Numbered from the stretch's first letter, positions 46,740-57,102 are shown. The stretch is 64,000 bases of DNA from an uncultured Acidobacteriota bacterium (GCA_963720545.1 OY970399.1:704001-768000), one strand, 5' to 3'. Numbers and translations: made by a program. The notes: generated by a model not told the origin, from the letters alone.

Positions 46740-47683
46740 CTCGCGAGGCCTTCCCCCCGTTTCCTGCGCCACAGCTGGCCACGCTCGTCAAGAAAGCGCC
46801 GGAAGGCGCCGCGTGGTTTCACGAAACCAAGTTCGACGGTTACCGCATCCTGGCTCACCTCGCGCGCGGCAAGGCGCGCCTCTACACTCGGAGCGGCCAG
46901 GACTGGACCGGCCGCTTTCCGGGCGTAGCGGCAGCGGTGCAGGCGCTGTCGGCACGGAGTGCCTGGCTTGACGGCGAGGTGACGGTGGCGCTGCGCGATG
47001 GGCGGACGAGCTTTGCCGCGCTGCAAAACGCCGGAGCGCTCGCGTCCGGCGCGCAGCTTCTCTATTACGTCTTCGACCTGCTGCTCCTCGATGGATCTGA
47101 CCTACGGGGGGCGCCGCTTGCCGAGCGCAAGGCCGCACTATCGCGCTTGCTGAAGGCGAAAGATCCGGTACTGCGCTACAGCCGCCACACGACCGGCAAC
47201 GGCCCGCGGGCATTCGCGTTCGCGTGCCGCCGCTCGCTCGAGGGCATCGTTTCGAAACGCAGCGACGCGCCCTACCAGTCTGGCCGCGGGCCGACATGGG
47301 TGAAGGTGAAGTGCAGCCGCGAGCAGGAGGTGGTGATCGGCGGGTTCACCGAGCCGCAAGGCACGCGCGCCGGCCTCGGTGCGCTGCTCGTCGGCGTTTA
47401 CGACGACAGCGGTGCGCTCGTCTACGCCGGCAAGGTGGGCACCGGCTTCTCGCAGGCCGCGGCGGTCGAACTGCGGCGCAGGCTCGACGCGCTCGAGCGG
47501 CCGCTGCCGCCTTTCGCGGCTGCGCGCGGCATCCCGCGCGGCCATTACGTCGCGCCGCGCCTGGTCGCGCAGGTGCGCTTCACCGAGTGGACGCGGGACG
47601 GGCGGATGCGCCATCCGGCGTTTCTCGGGCTGCGTGAAGACAAGCCGGCCGTACAGGTGCGCCGCGAGGAACCCGCATCGTGA
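46736..47683 (+). CDS. ligD: LigD ATP-dependent DNA ligase module (stand-alone)
   Basis: ETKFDGYR, DGE, YVFDLL, EGIVSKR, WVKVK, RHPAFLGLREDK. Confidence 0.92.
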   Translation: MTREAFPPFPAPQLATLVKKAPEGAAWFHETKFDGYRILAHLARGKARLYTRSGQDWTGRFPGVAAAVQALSARSAWLDGEVTVALRDGRTSFAALQNAGALASGAQLLYYVFDLLLLDGSDLRGAPLAERKAALSRLLKAKDPVLRYSRHTTGNGPRAFAFACRRSLEGIVSKRSDAPYQSGRGPTWVKVKCSREQEVVIGGFTEPQGTRAGLGALLVGVYDDSGALVYAGKVGTGFSQAAAVELRRRLDALERPLPPFAAARGIPRGHYVAPRLVAQVRFTEWTRDGRMRHPAFLGLREDKPAVQVRREEPAS

Positions 47684-48615
47684 CACCAACGCCCACACAG
47701 TCGCTGAGCATCGCGGGGGTGCGCATCACCCATCCCGAGCGGGTCGTGTTTCCGGAGGGCGGGTTCACCAAGGAACGGCTCGCGCGCTATTACGAGAAGG
47801 CCGCCGCCGCGATGCTGCCTCATCTCGCCGACCGGCCCCTGACGCTCGTACGCTGTCCGGAAGGTGTGGCCGGCGAATGCTTCTACGTCAAGCATGCCGG
47901 CCCGTGGGCGCCGAAGGCGCTGCGCCGCATCACTATCGCGGAGAAGACCAAGACCGGCGAGTACCTTACGGTCGCGAACCTCGAAGGCTTGATCGGCCTG
48001 GTGCAGATGGGCGTCGTCGAGATCCACACCTGGAATTCGCGCGCGCGCTCCCTCGAAAAGCCCGACCGCATCGTCTTCGACCTCGATCCGGGGCCCGGCG
48101 TCGAGTGGCGCCGCGTTGTCGCGGCGGCTGTGGCGATCCGCGAGCTGCTCGCAAGCATCGACCTCGTGAGCTTCGTCAAGACCACCGGCGGCAAGGGCCT
48201 GCACATCGTCGCGCCGCTTTTGCCGCGCGCCGGCTGGCACGAGTGCGCGGAAGTCGCGCGGGTAATTTCGGCCGTGCTGGTACGGCGCAGCCCGGACGAA
48301 TTCCTCACGGACATGACCAAGGCCAAACGGCCGGGACGCATCCTCCTCGACCACGCTCGCAACAACCGCGGCAGCACGTCGGTCGCCGCCTGGTCGACGC
48401 GGGCAAGGGCGGCAGCGCCCGTGTCGATGCCGGTGGCCTGGAGCGAGCTCGACTCGGTCGCAAGCGGCGACGCCTTCCACCTGGAGGACGCCGAACGGCT
48501 GCTCACCGCGCCGCGCCGCAGCGACCCGTGGCCCGGATTCGATGCCACGCGCCAGAGCATGACGGCCGCCCGCCTGCGTGCGGCCGCAGCGCTCGGCGGC
48601 GGCGCTACGAGTTGA
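47680..48615 (+). CDS. ligD: LigD primase-polymerase module (stand-alone)
   Basis: ITHPERV, RCPEG, FDLDP, KTTGGKGLH. Confidence 0.92.
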   Translation: MTPTPTQSLSIAGVRITHPERVVFPEGGFTKERLARYYEKAAAAMLPHLADRPLTLVRCPEGVAGECFYVKHAGPWAPKALRRITIAEKTKTGEYLTVANLEGLIGLVQMGVVEIHTWNSRARSLEKPDRIVFDLDPGPGVEWRRVVAAAVAIRELLASIDLVSFVKTTGGKGLHIVAPLLPRAGWHECAEVARVISAVLVRRSPDEFLTDMTKAKRPGRILLDHARNNRGSTSVAAWSTRARAAAPVSMPVAWSELDSVASGDAFHLEDAERLLTAPRRSDPWPGFDATRQSMTAARLRAAAALGGGATS

Positions 48616-48804
48616 CGCGCTTCGTGATGGCGGCCGAATTTTTTTGTTGATACGCACGACAACGAGGGCCATCCTGAATTCCTGCGGCGGCCCTCCTTGA
48701 AAGCCTCACACGTGCAGCAGTCCCGTGCCTCTCACTCTCTGCCCACTGCCTGGCCTGTCATCGGACCGCCCTCAAACCCCGATTTTCGGGGAGGAAAGGC
48801 GAGT

Positions 48805-49806
48805 ATGCGTATGGTCAACACCAAACTTTTTCGGTCGTCTGTTGTCTTCAGGTGGGCGCTCCTGAGTGCCGCACTGTTCGTTCCCCAGGTGGCCCAGGCC
48901 CAGGTCGAGTGGCACGCCACTGTCGGCGCGCAGAACCAGGGCATGGGCTTCCAGGTGCTGGCGTTCCTGCCGAATGAAATCTGGATCAACGCCGGCGACA
49001 GCATCACGTGGACCTTCAACGTGGACGAGATCCACACAGTCACCTTCCTGAAGGCGCGGCAGGTACGGCCGCCGTTCAGCGCCGGGTGTCCCGGCTTCGC
49101 CACCGACCCGGCAAGCTTCGACGGCTCGGAGTGCGTGACGACACCGCCGCTCGCATCGGGCGCCACCTTCACCGTGAACTTCCCCAAGGCCGGCAACTAC
49201 AAGCTCGTCTGCCTGGTGCATGAAAACATGACCGCCACGGTGCATGTGTTCCCCGCGGGCCACGCGCTGCCGCACACGCAGCGTTTCTATGACACGGAGG
49301 CAACTGACCGCAAGGCCGACCTATTGGCCACGGGCACCGCCGTCGGCAAGACCGGTGTGAGCAACGACCACGCCGTCACCGCCGGCATCGGCGCCGTGGC
49401 TGCGACGCCGGGCGGCACGGACACCGTCTCGGTGCTGCGCTTCCTGCACGAGAACATCACGATCCACGCCGGCGAAACCATCCAGTGGGCGAACCGCGAC
49501 CCGGTTACGCCGCACACCATCACCTTCGGCGAGGAACCGCCGGACGATGCCCTTTTCGCACCATCCGACGACGTCACGCTGGACGCGGACGGCGCGCGCC
49601 ATGCGACCCTCAACGCACCCGGCGAAAGCACGCACTCGGGCTTCATCCGCGCCGAGCCGCAGGAGCGAACCGGCCTGCGCCAGACGCCGCCCAGGGACAT
49701 CGTGACCCGCTTCCGCATCACCTTCACGCAGCCGGGCACCTATCCCTACATCTGCTCGCTGCACGACGAACTCGGGATGGAAGGTACCGTCACCGTCATC
49801 CCCTAG
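48805..49806 (+). CDS. Secreted protein with two cupredoxin (plastocyanin-like) domains
   Basis: HTVTF..CLVHENM and HTITF..CSLHDELGM. Confidence 0.85.
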   Translation: MRMVNTKLFRSSVVFRWALLSAALFVPQVAQAQVEWHATVGAQNQGMGFQVLAFLPNEIWINAGDSITWTFNVDEIHTVTFLKARQVRPPFSAGCPGFATDPASFDGSECVTTPPLASGATFTVNFPKAGNYKLVCLVHENMTATVHVFPAGHALPHTQRFYDTEATDRKADLLATGTAVGKTGVSNDHAVTAGIGAVAATPGGTDTVSVLRFLHENITIHAGETIQWANRDPVTPHTITFGEEPPDDALFAPSDDVTLDADGARHATLNAPGESTHSGFIRAEPQERTGLRQTPPRDIVTRFRITFTQPGTYPYICSLHDELGMEGTVTVIP

Positions 49807-50105
49807 CTCGACGAGCGATGCCTTGACCGCTGCGGGTGCGCCGCGGCTGTCCTTCAGGATGGCCGCGGCGGCGCCTCGGCGTCCGGTCGCGCGGGCCGAG
49901 GCGGCGGCAGCGCAATCGGCTCTTCCTGCCGGGGCGCCCCACTTCTCGGCGCCTTGGTGCCCTGCCGGGCGTCGTCGTTGTTGTTCGTCAAGGGTGTTCT
50001 CCTCGGAGAGAGGATCGCAGGGAAAGTCTACCCAAACAGCTGAAGTCCGTCATGGGGCCTGGGCGGCAAGGGTAAGCCACGTCATAGTGGAGGCGTAAAG
50101 TCAGC

Positions 50106-50486
50106 ATGATGAACGACGTGAACGCCTACATCGCCGCACAGCCGGCCGCCATAAGAGCCCGTCTCCGCGCCCTTCGGGCCACCATCCGGAAGGCGGCGCC
50201 GCGGGCCGAGGAATGGATCAGCTACCGGATCCCGGCCTACAAGCTGGACGGCAGCAGGCTCGTGTACTTCGCCGCATTTCGCAACCACATCGGCCTCTAC
50301 CCGGTCACCGGGCTCACGCGCGCGAAGTTCGGGAAGGAACTGGCGCCTTACGACGCCGGACGCGCCCGCGCCACGGCGCGGTTTCCTCACGACCAGCCGA
50401 TCCCGCACCGCCTGATCGCGAGGATCGTGAAGTTTCGCGCCGCGGAGAACGCCGCGGCGAAGCGCGCCGGCAAGCCGCGGCTCTAG
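50106..50486 (+). CDS. DUF1801 (YdhG-like) protein
   Basis: ISYRIPAY..YFAAFRNHIGLYP. Confidence 0.88.
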   Translation: MMNDVNAYIAAQPAAIRARLRALRATIRKAAPRAEEWISYRIPAYKLDGSRLVYFAAFRNHIGLYPVTGLTRAKFGKELAPYDAGRARATARFPHDQPIPHRLIARIVKFRAAENAAAKRAGKPRL

Positions 50487-50535
50487 GCCACAGACTCCCC
50501 TTGTTACCGGGGAGGGTTGGTGAGAGAACCACAGC

Positions 50536-51327
50536 ATGAAGCATCTCTGGCGCTGGCGGCGCGGAGTCGGTGCAATGTTCGTGGCGCTCCTGCCGGCCGC
50601 GGCTGGTGCCGCGCCCGTGACCGTGCGCTACGCCGAGGGTCTGGTGCACGGCTTCCTGTCGCTGCGCACGCTCGACGGCAAGACGCTCGCGACCGGCGAA
50701 CTGATCCAGGTGGCGCGCGGCAGCCGCGTCACGGCGCGGCTCGTGTTCCACTTCCCCGACGGTTCGGTGAACGAAGAAACCACGGTCTTCACCCAGCGCG
50801 GGCAGTTCAAGCTCGTCTCCGATCACCTGGTCCAGAAGGGCCCGACGTTCGAAAAGCCGCTGGACGCAACCATCAACGCCGCGACCGGACAGGTGTCGGT
50901 GCGCTACACCGACGACGGCAAGGAAAAAACGGAGTCCGAGCGCATGAAGCTGCCGCCGGACATCATCACGAACGGCATGCTGACGGCGCTCATCAAGAAC
51001 CTCGATCCCAAAGCGCCACCGACGGTCGTTCCGGTCGTAGCGCTCACCCCGAAGCCGCGGCTCGTCAAGCTGCATATCGAGCACGAGGGCGAGGACAGCT
51101 TCACGTTCGGCAGTGCTGCGCGCAAGGCGCACCGCTACGTGGTGAAGGTCGAAATTGGCGGCATCGCCGGCGTTATCGCGCCGATCCTCAACAAGGTGCC
51201 GCCCGACTCGCACGTCTGGGTGATGGGCGGCGAGGCGCCGGCGTTCCTGCGCTCGGAGAACCCCTTCTTTGCCGGCGGCCCGCTGTGGCGCATGGACCTG
51301 CTGAGCCCGGCCTGGCCTGGGGAGTAG
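50536..51327 (+). CDS. Conserved hypothetical secreted protein
   Basis: Signal peptide, strong coding bias, EGLVHGFL start motif. Confidence 0.75.
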   Translation: MKHLWRWRRGVGAMFVALLPAAAGAAPVTVRYAEGLVHGFLSLRTLDGKTLATGELIQVARGSRVTARLVFHFPDGSVNEETTVFTQRGQFKLVSDHLVQKGPTFEKPLDATINAATGQVSVRYTDDGKEKTESERMKLPPDIITNGMLTALIKNLDPKAPPTVVPVVALTPKPRLVKLHIEHEGEDSFTFGSAARKAHRYVVKVEIGGIAGVIAPILNKVPPDSHVWVMGGEAPAFLRSENPFFAGGPLWRMDLLSPAWPGE

Positions 51328-51330
51328 CGC

Positions 51331-52137
51331 CTAGTTACGCACCATCAGGCCGGCCAACTCCTTGGCGAGCTTGGCCGCCGCGACCGCGGTGATGCCGGAA
51401 GGGTCGGCCGAGGGGAGCAGCTCGACGACGTCGGCGCCCACCACCGGTCCACGCAGGCGGTGCAACACGCGCACGATGTCGCGCACCGAGAGGCCGCCGC
51501 CCTCGGGATGGGCAACGCCGGGCGCAAACGCGGGGTCGAGGCCGTCGAGGTCGATCGTCACGTAGACGGGCCCGGTCGGCACCGGCACGCGTCCCACCTC
51601 GAACGCGTTCATCTCGACGACGCGCACGCCGAACTTCTTCGCCTGCGCCTTCTGGTGCGCATTCAAGGTGCGGATGCCCACCTGGACGAGCCTCTGCGCC
51701 AGGCCTTCCTCCATGATGCGCGCGAACGGACACGCGTGCGAGAAGCGGTTGCCCTCGAAGTTGTCGTAGAGGTCGGGATGAGCGTCGAAATGCAGGATGC
51801 TGAGCTTGCGATGCTTGCTTGCGACCGCGCGCAGCACCGGATAGGTGACCGAGTGATCGCCGCCGAAGGAGAGCGGCTTCATGCCCTTCGCCATCACGGC
51901 GGCGACTGCTGCGGTGATGCGGTCGCGGTCGCCGTCGTCCTCGCGCAGCGCGGCGTCGCCCTCGTCATTGAGTACGCCTGGCGCGCCGAGGTCCACGAGC
52001 GACTCGCTCCACATGTTGCTCGACTCGCTGAAGATCGCGCGGCGAATGTAGCCGGGCGCTTGCGCGGCACCGCGCACGTACGACGAGTTGATGTCGGTGG
52101 GCAGGCCCAGGATGCCGATTCGCGTCGTCTTTTTCAT
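51331..52137 (-). CDS. speB: Agmatinase (ureohydrolase family)
   Basis: GGDHSVT, HFDAHPD, DLDGLDPAFAPG. Confidence 0.85.
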   Translation of the reverse strand: MKKTTRIGILGLPTDINSSYVRGAAQAPGYIRRAIFSESSNMWSESLVDLGAPGVLNDEGDAALREDDGDRDRITAAVAAVMAKGMKPLSFGGDHSVTYPVLRAVASKHRKLSILHFDAHPDLYDNFEGNRFSHACPFARIMEEGLAQRLVQVGIRTLNAHQKAQAKKFGVRVVEMNAFEVGRVPVPTGPVYVTIDLDGLDPAFAPGVAHPEGGGLSVRDIVRVLHRLRGPVVGADVVELLPSADPSGITAVAAAKLAKELAGLMVRN

Positions 52138-52224
52138 TGCAGGGCAATGTAGCACGCGGCCGCACGCGAGCCGCGAGAGCGCGTGCTACCGTCGTGCCAA
52201 GCCAATGAGAGCCCAAAAGACCGC

Positions 52225-53133
52225 GTGAAGGTGATGGTGGTGCTGAACGCAGGCGCCGGAAACGCCACGTCGAGCGAGGACGACGAACGCGCGGCGCAGC
52301 GCGTGCGCGACGCGTTCGGCAAGGTCGGCGTCACCGCCGAGACCGCCTGCGTGCAGCCCGGGAAGCTCCAGGACGAAGTCAGGAAGGCGCTGCGAAGCAC
52401 ACTCGATGCCGTCGTGGTCGGCGGCGGCGACGGCACGCTGAACGCAGCCGCGCAGTGCCTGGTGGGCGCGACGCTGCCGCTCGGCATCCTGCCCATGGGC
52501 ACCCTCAACCACTTCGCCAGGGATGTCGGGCTGCCGCTTGGCCTCGACGAGGCTGTAGCGGTGATCGCCGCTGGCCACGTGAAAAGAGTGGACGTCGGCG
52601 AAGTGAACGGCTGCTACTTCCTCAACAACTCCTCGATCGGCCTCTACCCGGCCGCCGTTTCCGAACGCGAGGAGCTGCGCCACCGGCACCGCGGCGGCAA
52701 GTGGGTGGCGATGGCCCAGGCCGCCCTCGACGTGCTGCGGCGCTATCCGCTGCTCACGGCGGAAGTGACGATCGACGGCAAGGCCATGCGCCTGCGCACG
52801 CCGTTCATCTTCGTCGGCAACAATCCGTACGAGATGCGCCTCTTTTCACTGGGACGCCGCAAGAGCCTGGAGGCGGGCGAGCTGAGCGTGTACCTCTCGC
52901 GCGACTGCGGCCGGGCCGGCCTGCTGCGCCAGGCGCTGCGCGGGCTGTCGGGGCGCCTCGAACAGGATCGCGACTTTCGCTCGTATGCCGCGCGGCAACT
53001 GTCGATCGCGACCGGACGCCGCCGCATCCGCGTATCGGCGGATGGCGAGATCCTGTGGATGACGCCGCCGATCCGCTACGCCGTGCACCCGGGCGCTCTC
53101 CAGGTGATCGCACCACAGGCCACGCCCGCATGA
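52225..53133 (+). CDS. Diacylglycerol kinase family lipid kinase
   Basis: GGGDGT, LPMGTLNHFARD, FLNNSSIG, DGE. Confidence 0.9.
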   Translation: MKVMVVLNAGAGNATSSEDDERAAQRVRDAFGKVGVTAETACVQPGKLQDEVRKALRSTLDAVVVGGGDGTLNAAAQCLVGATLPLGILPMGTLNHFARDVGLPLGLDEAVAVIAAGHVKRVDVGEVNGCYFLNNSSIGLYPAAVSEREELRHRHRGGKWVAMAQAALDVLRRYPLLTAEVTIDGKAMRLRTPFIFVGNNPYEMRLFSLGRRKSLEAGELSVYLSRDCGRAGLLRQALRGLSGRLEQDRDFRSYAARQLSIATGRRRIRVSADGEILWMTPPIRYAVHPGALQVIAPQATPA

Positions 53134-53945
53134 TGAAACAGACCATCGCGCACATCTCCGACCTGCACTTCGGCGCGCTGACTCCGGGCATGGACGAGGC
53201 GCTCCTCCGTGACCTCGCGCAGGTGCAACCGGACGTGGTCACCGTGAGCGGCGACCTGACGCAGCGGGCGCGCGGCGGCCAGTTTCGCGACGCGCGCCGC
53301 TTCCTCGACGCGCTCAAGGCGCCGTGGCTCGCCGTGCCCGGCAATCACGACATCCCGTTGTTCGACGTGTTCCGCCGCTACCTGGCGCCGCTGCGCCGCT
53401 ACCGCCGGCACATCGATGCCGAGGTGGATCCGTTCCTGCGCCAGGCCGGGCTAGCGATCCTCGGCCTCAACACCGCTCGCGGCAGCAGCTGGAAGAACGG
53501 CTCGATCTCGGCGCAGCAGGTCGAGACGATTACAGCGCGCTTCAGCGGCCTGCCGTCGGGCGTCACCAAGGTGCTGGTGATCCACCACCCCGTTGTGGCG
53601 CGGGAAGGCGACCCGTCGCCGCCGATCGTCCACGGCGCGCTCGCGGCGCTGCGCGCCGCCGAGGCCCGCGGGCTCGACCTGATCCTTGCCGGCCACCTGC
53701 ACCACGGCTTCACCGGCGACATCCGCACGCATCACTCGTCCATCAAGCGTTCGATGCTCGTGGCGCAGGCCGGTACCGCGACCTCGCACCGCACGCGCGA
53801 CGAGCCCAACAGCTACAACCTGATACACATCGGTCCCGGTGCCATCGACTTCGAGCTGCGAGTCCACGACGAAACCCGGTCGTTTCATTCAGCCCGACGG
53901 ACGAGTTACGTCAAGGACGCCACAGGCAGCTGGCAACCGGCCTGA
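53130..53945 (+). CDS. Metallophosphoesterase (Icc/CpdA-like)
   Basis: HISDLHFG, SGDLTQ, PGNHD, HHP, GHLH; ATGA overlap. Confidence 0.9.
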   Translation: MMKQTIAHISDLHFGALTPGMDEALLRDLAQVQPDVVTVSGDLTQRARGGQFRDARRFLDALKAPWLAVPGNHDIPLFDVFRRYLAPLRRYRRHIDAEVDPFLRQAGLAILGLNTARGSSWKNGSISAQQVETITARFSGLPSGVTKVLVIHHPVVAREGDPSPPIVHGALAALRAAEARGLDLILAGHLHHGFTGDIRTHHSSIKRSMLVAQAGTATSHRTRDEPNSYNLIHIGPGAIDFELRVHDETRSFHSARRTSYVKDATGSWQPA

Positions 53946-53953
53946 ACGCGGCT

Positions 53954-54110
53954 GCACTGTGTCCGGACACAGTGCGTTGGGGGCTGAACGGGGATCCCTC
54001 GGGGCCAGCAAACGACACGGCCCTCGGGAAAACGGCGTGGCCTGTGAACGACATGGGCCCCTCGGGAAAACGGGGTGGCCTGTGAACGACATGGGCCCCT
54101 CGGGAAACGG
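53954..54110. repeat. Perfect 22-bp palindrome followed by three 38-bp-period REP-like units
   Basis: GCACTGTGTCCGGACACAGTGC; CCCTCGGGAAA(A)CGG at 54021, 54059, 54097. Confidence 0.85.
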
Positions 54111-54140
54111 CGGGCAGCCAGGCAACCGGCGTAGGCGCTG

Positions 54141-55100
54141 CTAGCGCAGTTGCAGCGTTTTCAGCGCGATGTCGGGACGGTCGGTGATGAGGCCGTCGAC
54201 TCCCATTGCGACGAGAGCAGTCATCTGCGCCGGGTCGTTTACCGTCCACGGCACCACCTTCAGCTGCAGGCCGTGGGCTTCGTCCACGAGCGCCTTGGTC
54301 AGGTTCTCCGCAGCCGGCGACCAGGTGCCACAGCCGGCTGCCTTGACGAGCCGCGGCACCGAGCCGCCGTAGTCGTCGACGTCTAGGCCGGCGGTCCACG
54401 GTGACGGCTTCTTCTTGCCGCGGATGTTGTTCTCGGCGGCGTTCTCGACGCTCAGGCACACCGTTTCGATCTCGGGCGCCTTCTCGCTGACGCGGCGCAG
54501 CGTGCGCCAGTCGAACGACTGGATGGTCGTGCGCTTCTCCATGTGGGCGCCGCGCACGGCCTCGATCACCGCGTCGGCGAATTCCTTCGGCCCGAGGGTC
54601 TCGATCGGCCGCGTCGGGTCGAGCTTGGTTTCGACGTTGAAGCGCACCGTCTCGTTCTTCCTGCGGCGCGCGAGGTCGTAGACGTCGCGCAGCGTCGGAA
54701 TGCGCACGTCGTCCTCGCCGCGCTGGTCGGGGAACCGCTTCGCGTACTCCGTCCCGGGCTGGATGCGCCCGACGTCGTAGCCGCGGAGGTCCTCGCGGTT
54801 CAGCGACACGATGCGCGGACCCGCGTACTCCAGCCACAGGCCGTGGTCATCGCGGGTGATGTCGGGGTTGAGGAGCGAGTCATGGCTCACCACCACCACC
54901 CCGTCGCGCGTCACCGCGAGGTCCATCTCGAGCGTATCGACGCCGAGCGCCATCGCCTTCTCGAACGCAGGCAGGGTGTTCTCGGGCGCCAGGCCGCGCG
55001 CGCCGCGATGCCCCTGCAGGTCGAAGGGCCGCGAGCCGCCCGCCAGGGAAAGCGAAGACGAGAGAAGCATCAGGGTCGCGAGTCCTCGGGGCCAAGCCAC
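54141..55100 (-). CDS. Glycerophosphodiester phosphodiesterase
   Basis: GHRGARGLAPENT, EMD, HD, QSFD, WTVN, ITDRP. Confidence 0.92.
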   Translation of the reverse strand: MAWPRGLATLMLLSSSLSLAGGSRPFDLQGHRGARGLAPENTLPAFEKAMALGVDTLEMDLAVTRDGVVVVSHDSLLNPDITRDDHGLWLEYAGPRIVSLNREDLRGYDVGRIQPGTEYAKRFPDQRGEDDVRIPTLRDVYDLARRRKNETVRFNVETKLDPTRPIETLGPKEFADAVIEAVRGAHMEKRTTIQSFDWRTLRRVSEKAPEIETVCLSVENAAENNIRGKKKPSPWTAGLDVDDYGGSVPRLVKAAGCGTWSPAAENLTKALVDEAHGLQLKVVPWTVNDPAQMTALVAMGVDGLITDRPDIALKTLQLR

Positions 55101-55347
55101 CCCGGAAGACTAGCGCGCCCTAGCGGCTTGCGCCCAGCGCCGCCGCGGAGCGGGCGGCTGCGTGAACCGGCCAATCGCTGGTGCTGAGGACGGACAGTAG
55201 CGTTGCGACGGCATAGATCAAGAGACGGCGTGCCACCTCGAACCTCCCAGCGATTTGCGCGTGCCGAAGTCGAGGAAGTTACAAGACGCTGCCCCGGCCG
55301 CTGGTGATCGGCGACACGCGAGTGATTCGGCCCTTCGTCTCGAGGGG

Positions 55348-55746
55348 CTACGCCGCCCGTAGCAGTCCGACACCGGTGGCGAGCGTCGCGTAGACGAGTG
55401 CCAGCACGCCGGCGTAGAGCAGGACGCGCAGGGCCGGCACATGCGCAAGGCCGAAGAACCCCGCCGACACGAGAATTGGCGCCGCCAGCGCGGCGACCCG
55501 CACCGGAAACACGCTGCCGCCGACCTCGTCGAGCGCCAGCTGGATGAAGAGGCTGAGGATCGCGAGCACGCCGGCGTGGGCGTGGCCGGCGCGATAGAAC
55601 GCGACCTGTTCGGGAGTGAGCGCGCGCGGGCCGGGGGTGCCGTATGCGCCGCGCGAGACGACGTTCAGCAACGTGGTGCCGCCGAACACGATCGTCGGCA
55701 CGATCACGAGCGTGATACCGCACATGAGTCGGGCATCGGGTGTCAT
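55348..55746 (-). CDS. Hypothetical membrane protein
   Basis: Four TM segments, FYRAGHAHAGVL. Confidence 0.8.
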   Translation of the reverse strand: MTPDARLMCGITLVIVPTIVFGGTTLLNVVSRGAYGTPGPRALTPEQVAFYRAGHAHAGVLAILSLFIQLALDEVGGSVFPVRVAALAAPILVSAGFFGLAHVPALRVLLYAGVLALVYATLATGVGLLRAA

Positions 55747-55765
55747 ACCCCGAGGATAGCGCCGG

Positions 55766-57089
55766 CTATCGCAGGATGTCCGTCAGGACCTTGCCGCGGG
55801 CCCGCGGCAGCTCGACGCCCAACAAACGCGCCGCGGTCGGGGCGACATCGATGTTGTCGATCGTGTCCAGGTGACTGCCCGGCTTCACGCCAGCGCCCCA
55901 GGCGATGAAGATCGCCTGCATGCGCGGGTCGTCGCGCAGGTAGCCGTGGCTGCCCGCCATCGATTTGGCGGCACTGTTGTCGGCCGCGGCTTCGGTACTG
56001 TTGGAAAACGCATAGCCGGGCTTCGCCACCAGCACCAGGTCGGCCATGCCGGGATGGTCGGCCGGCTGCGGATAGCCGTGCGCCGCGAAGTCACCCGGCT
56101 CGAGGATCCTTTCGATGCCTTCGACGTCCTTCAGGGCATCGCGCAGCGCGGCCGCGGCGCCGGCCTTGTCGGCGCCCGCGGTGACGAACACCATCGCCGA
56201 GCCACCCTCGGAGACGCTCCAGCCGGTCTTGCCGAGCCCGCGCTGGGCGAGAGCGGCGTTGGGCCGGATCGAGCGGTCGAAGCCGGCGAACCCATGGTCG
56301 GACACGATGAAGAACGTGGTCGTGGCGAGCGCTCCCCCGCGGCGCGCCGCGGCCACCAGGCGGCCCACGTTCGCGTCGGCCAGGGCCAGCGCGGCGTTTG
56401 CCGCCACGTCGTCGGGGCCGTGCGCGTGCTGCACGCTGTCGGTCGTGAGCAGGTGCACGAGCAGCACGTTGGGCCGCTTCCTTTCCAGCAGGTACTCGCC
56501 CGCCCGCACCCACAACTCGTCGTCGAAGGTGATGGGCGCCTTGTCGAAGCGCGCCAGTTCGTCCTTCGAGATGCGGCCCGCGGCCAGCATTTCGGCGCTC
56601 AGCGCACCTGCAGGCTTCGGCCATTCGCCGAACGACCAGGTGATGGTGCTCGCACCCTCGATCGCGACCCAGTCGACTTCCGCGGTCGTCAGTCCCGCCG
56701 CGTGCGCCGCATCGTAGAGAGTGGTGCCGTGAACCAGCTGGCCCTTGGGAACGTGCGGCTCGATGGTGACCGGCGTTGCCGTCGCCGTGGCGCACCGGCC
56801 CGCCGTTATAAAGGACGCCGTGCTCCGCGGGACCCACTCCGGTGACGATCGACGTGTGGTTCGGCCAGGTGACGGTGGGGTTCACGGGCCGCATAGCCGA
56901 GGCGCTCGCGCCTTCGCGGATCAGGCGGCGCAGGTTCGGCAGAGCGTTGTCCGGATTGGCGAGCGCCGCGGCGGCGAAGCCGTCGAGGCTGATGATGACG
57001 ACGTGCCGGTTTCGTGAGGGACGCGCCGCACCGCTCCCGAGCGTGGCCGCGGCAATGAGCAAGGCGAGGGCAGCGCGCGTGATTCGCAT
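55766..57089 (-). pseudogene. Nucleotide pyrophosphatase/phosphodiesterase (AlkP superfamily), frameshift near 56770
   Basis: ISLDG, PTVTWPNHTS in one frame; DSVQH, SDHG, GSHG in another. Confidence 0.82.
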
Positions 57090-57102
57090 GGAGACCAGCA
57101 AT

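Noticed and set aside
52184..52199. Minus-strand TGGCACGACGGTAGCA upstream of agmatinase
   Set aside because: Spacing fits, but the -12 element is weak and no TTTGTAGAA box was seen; left out of the regulon.
54021..54110. Possible CRISPR array
   Set aside because: Inter-core sequences are near-identical rather than unique spacers; only three units; no cas genes.
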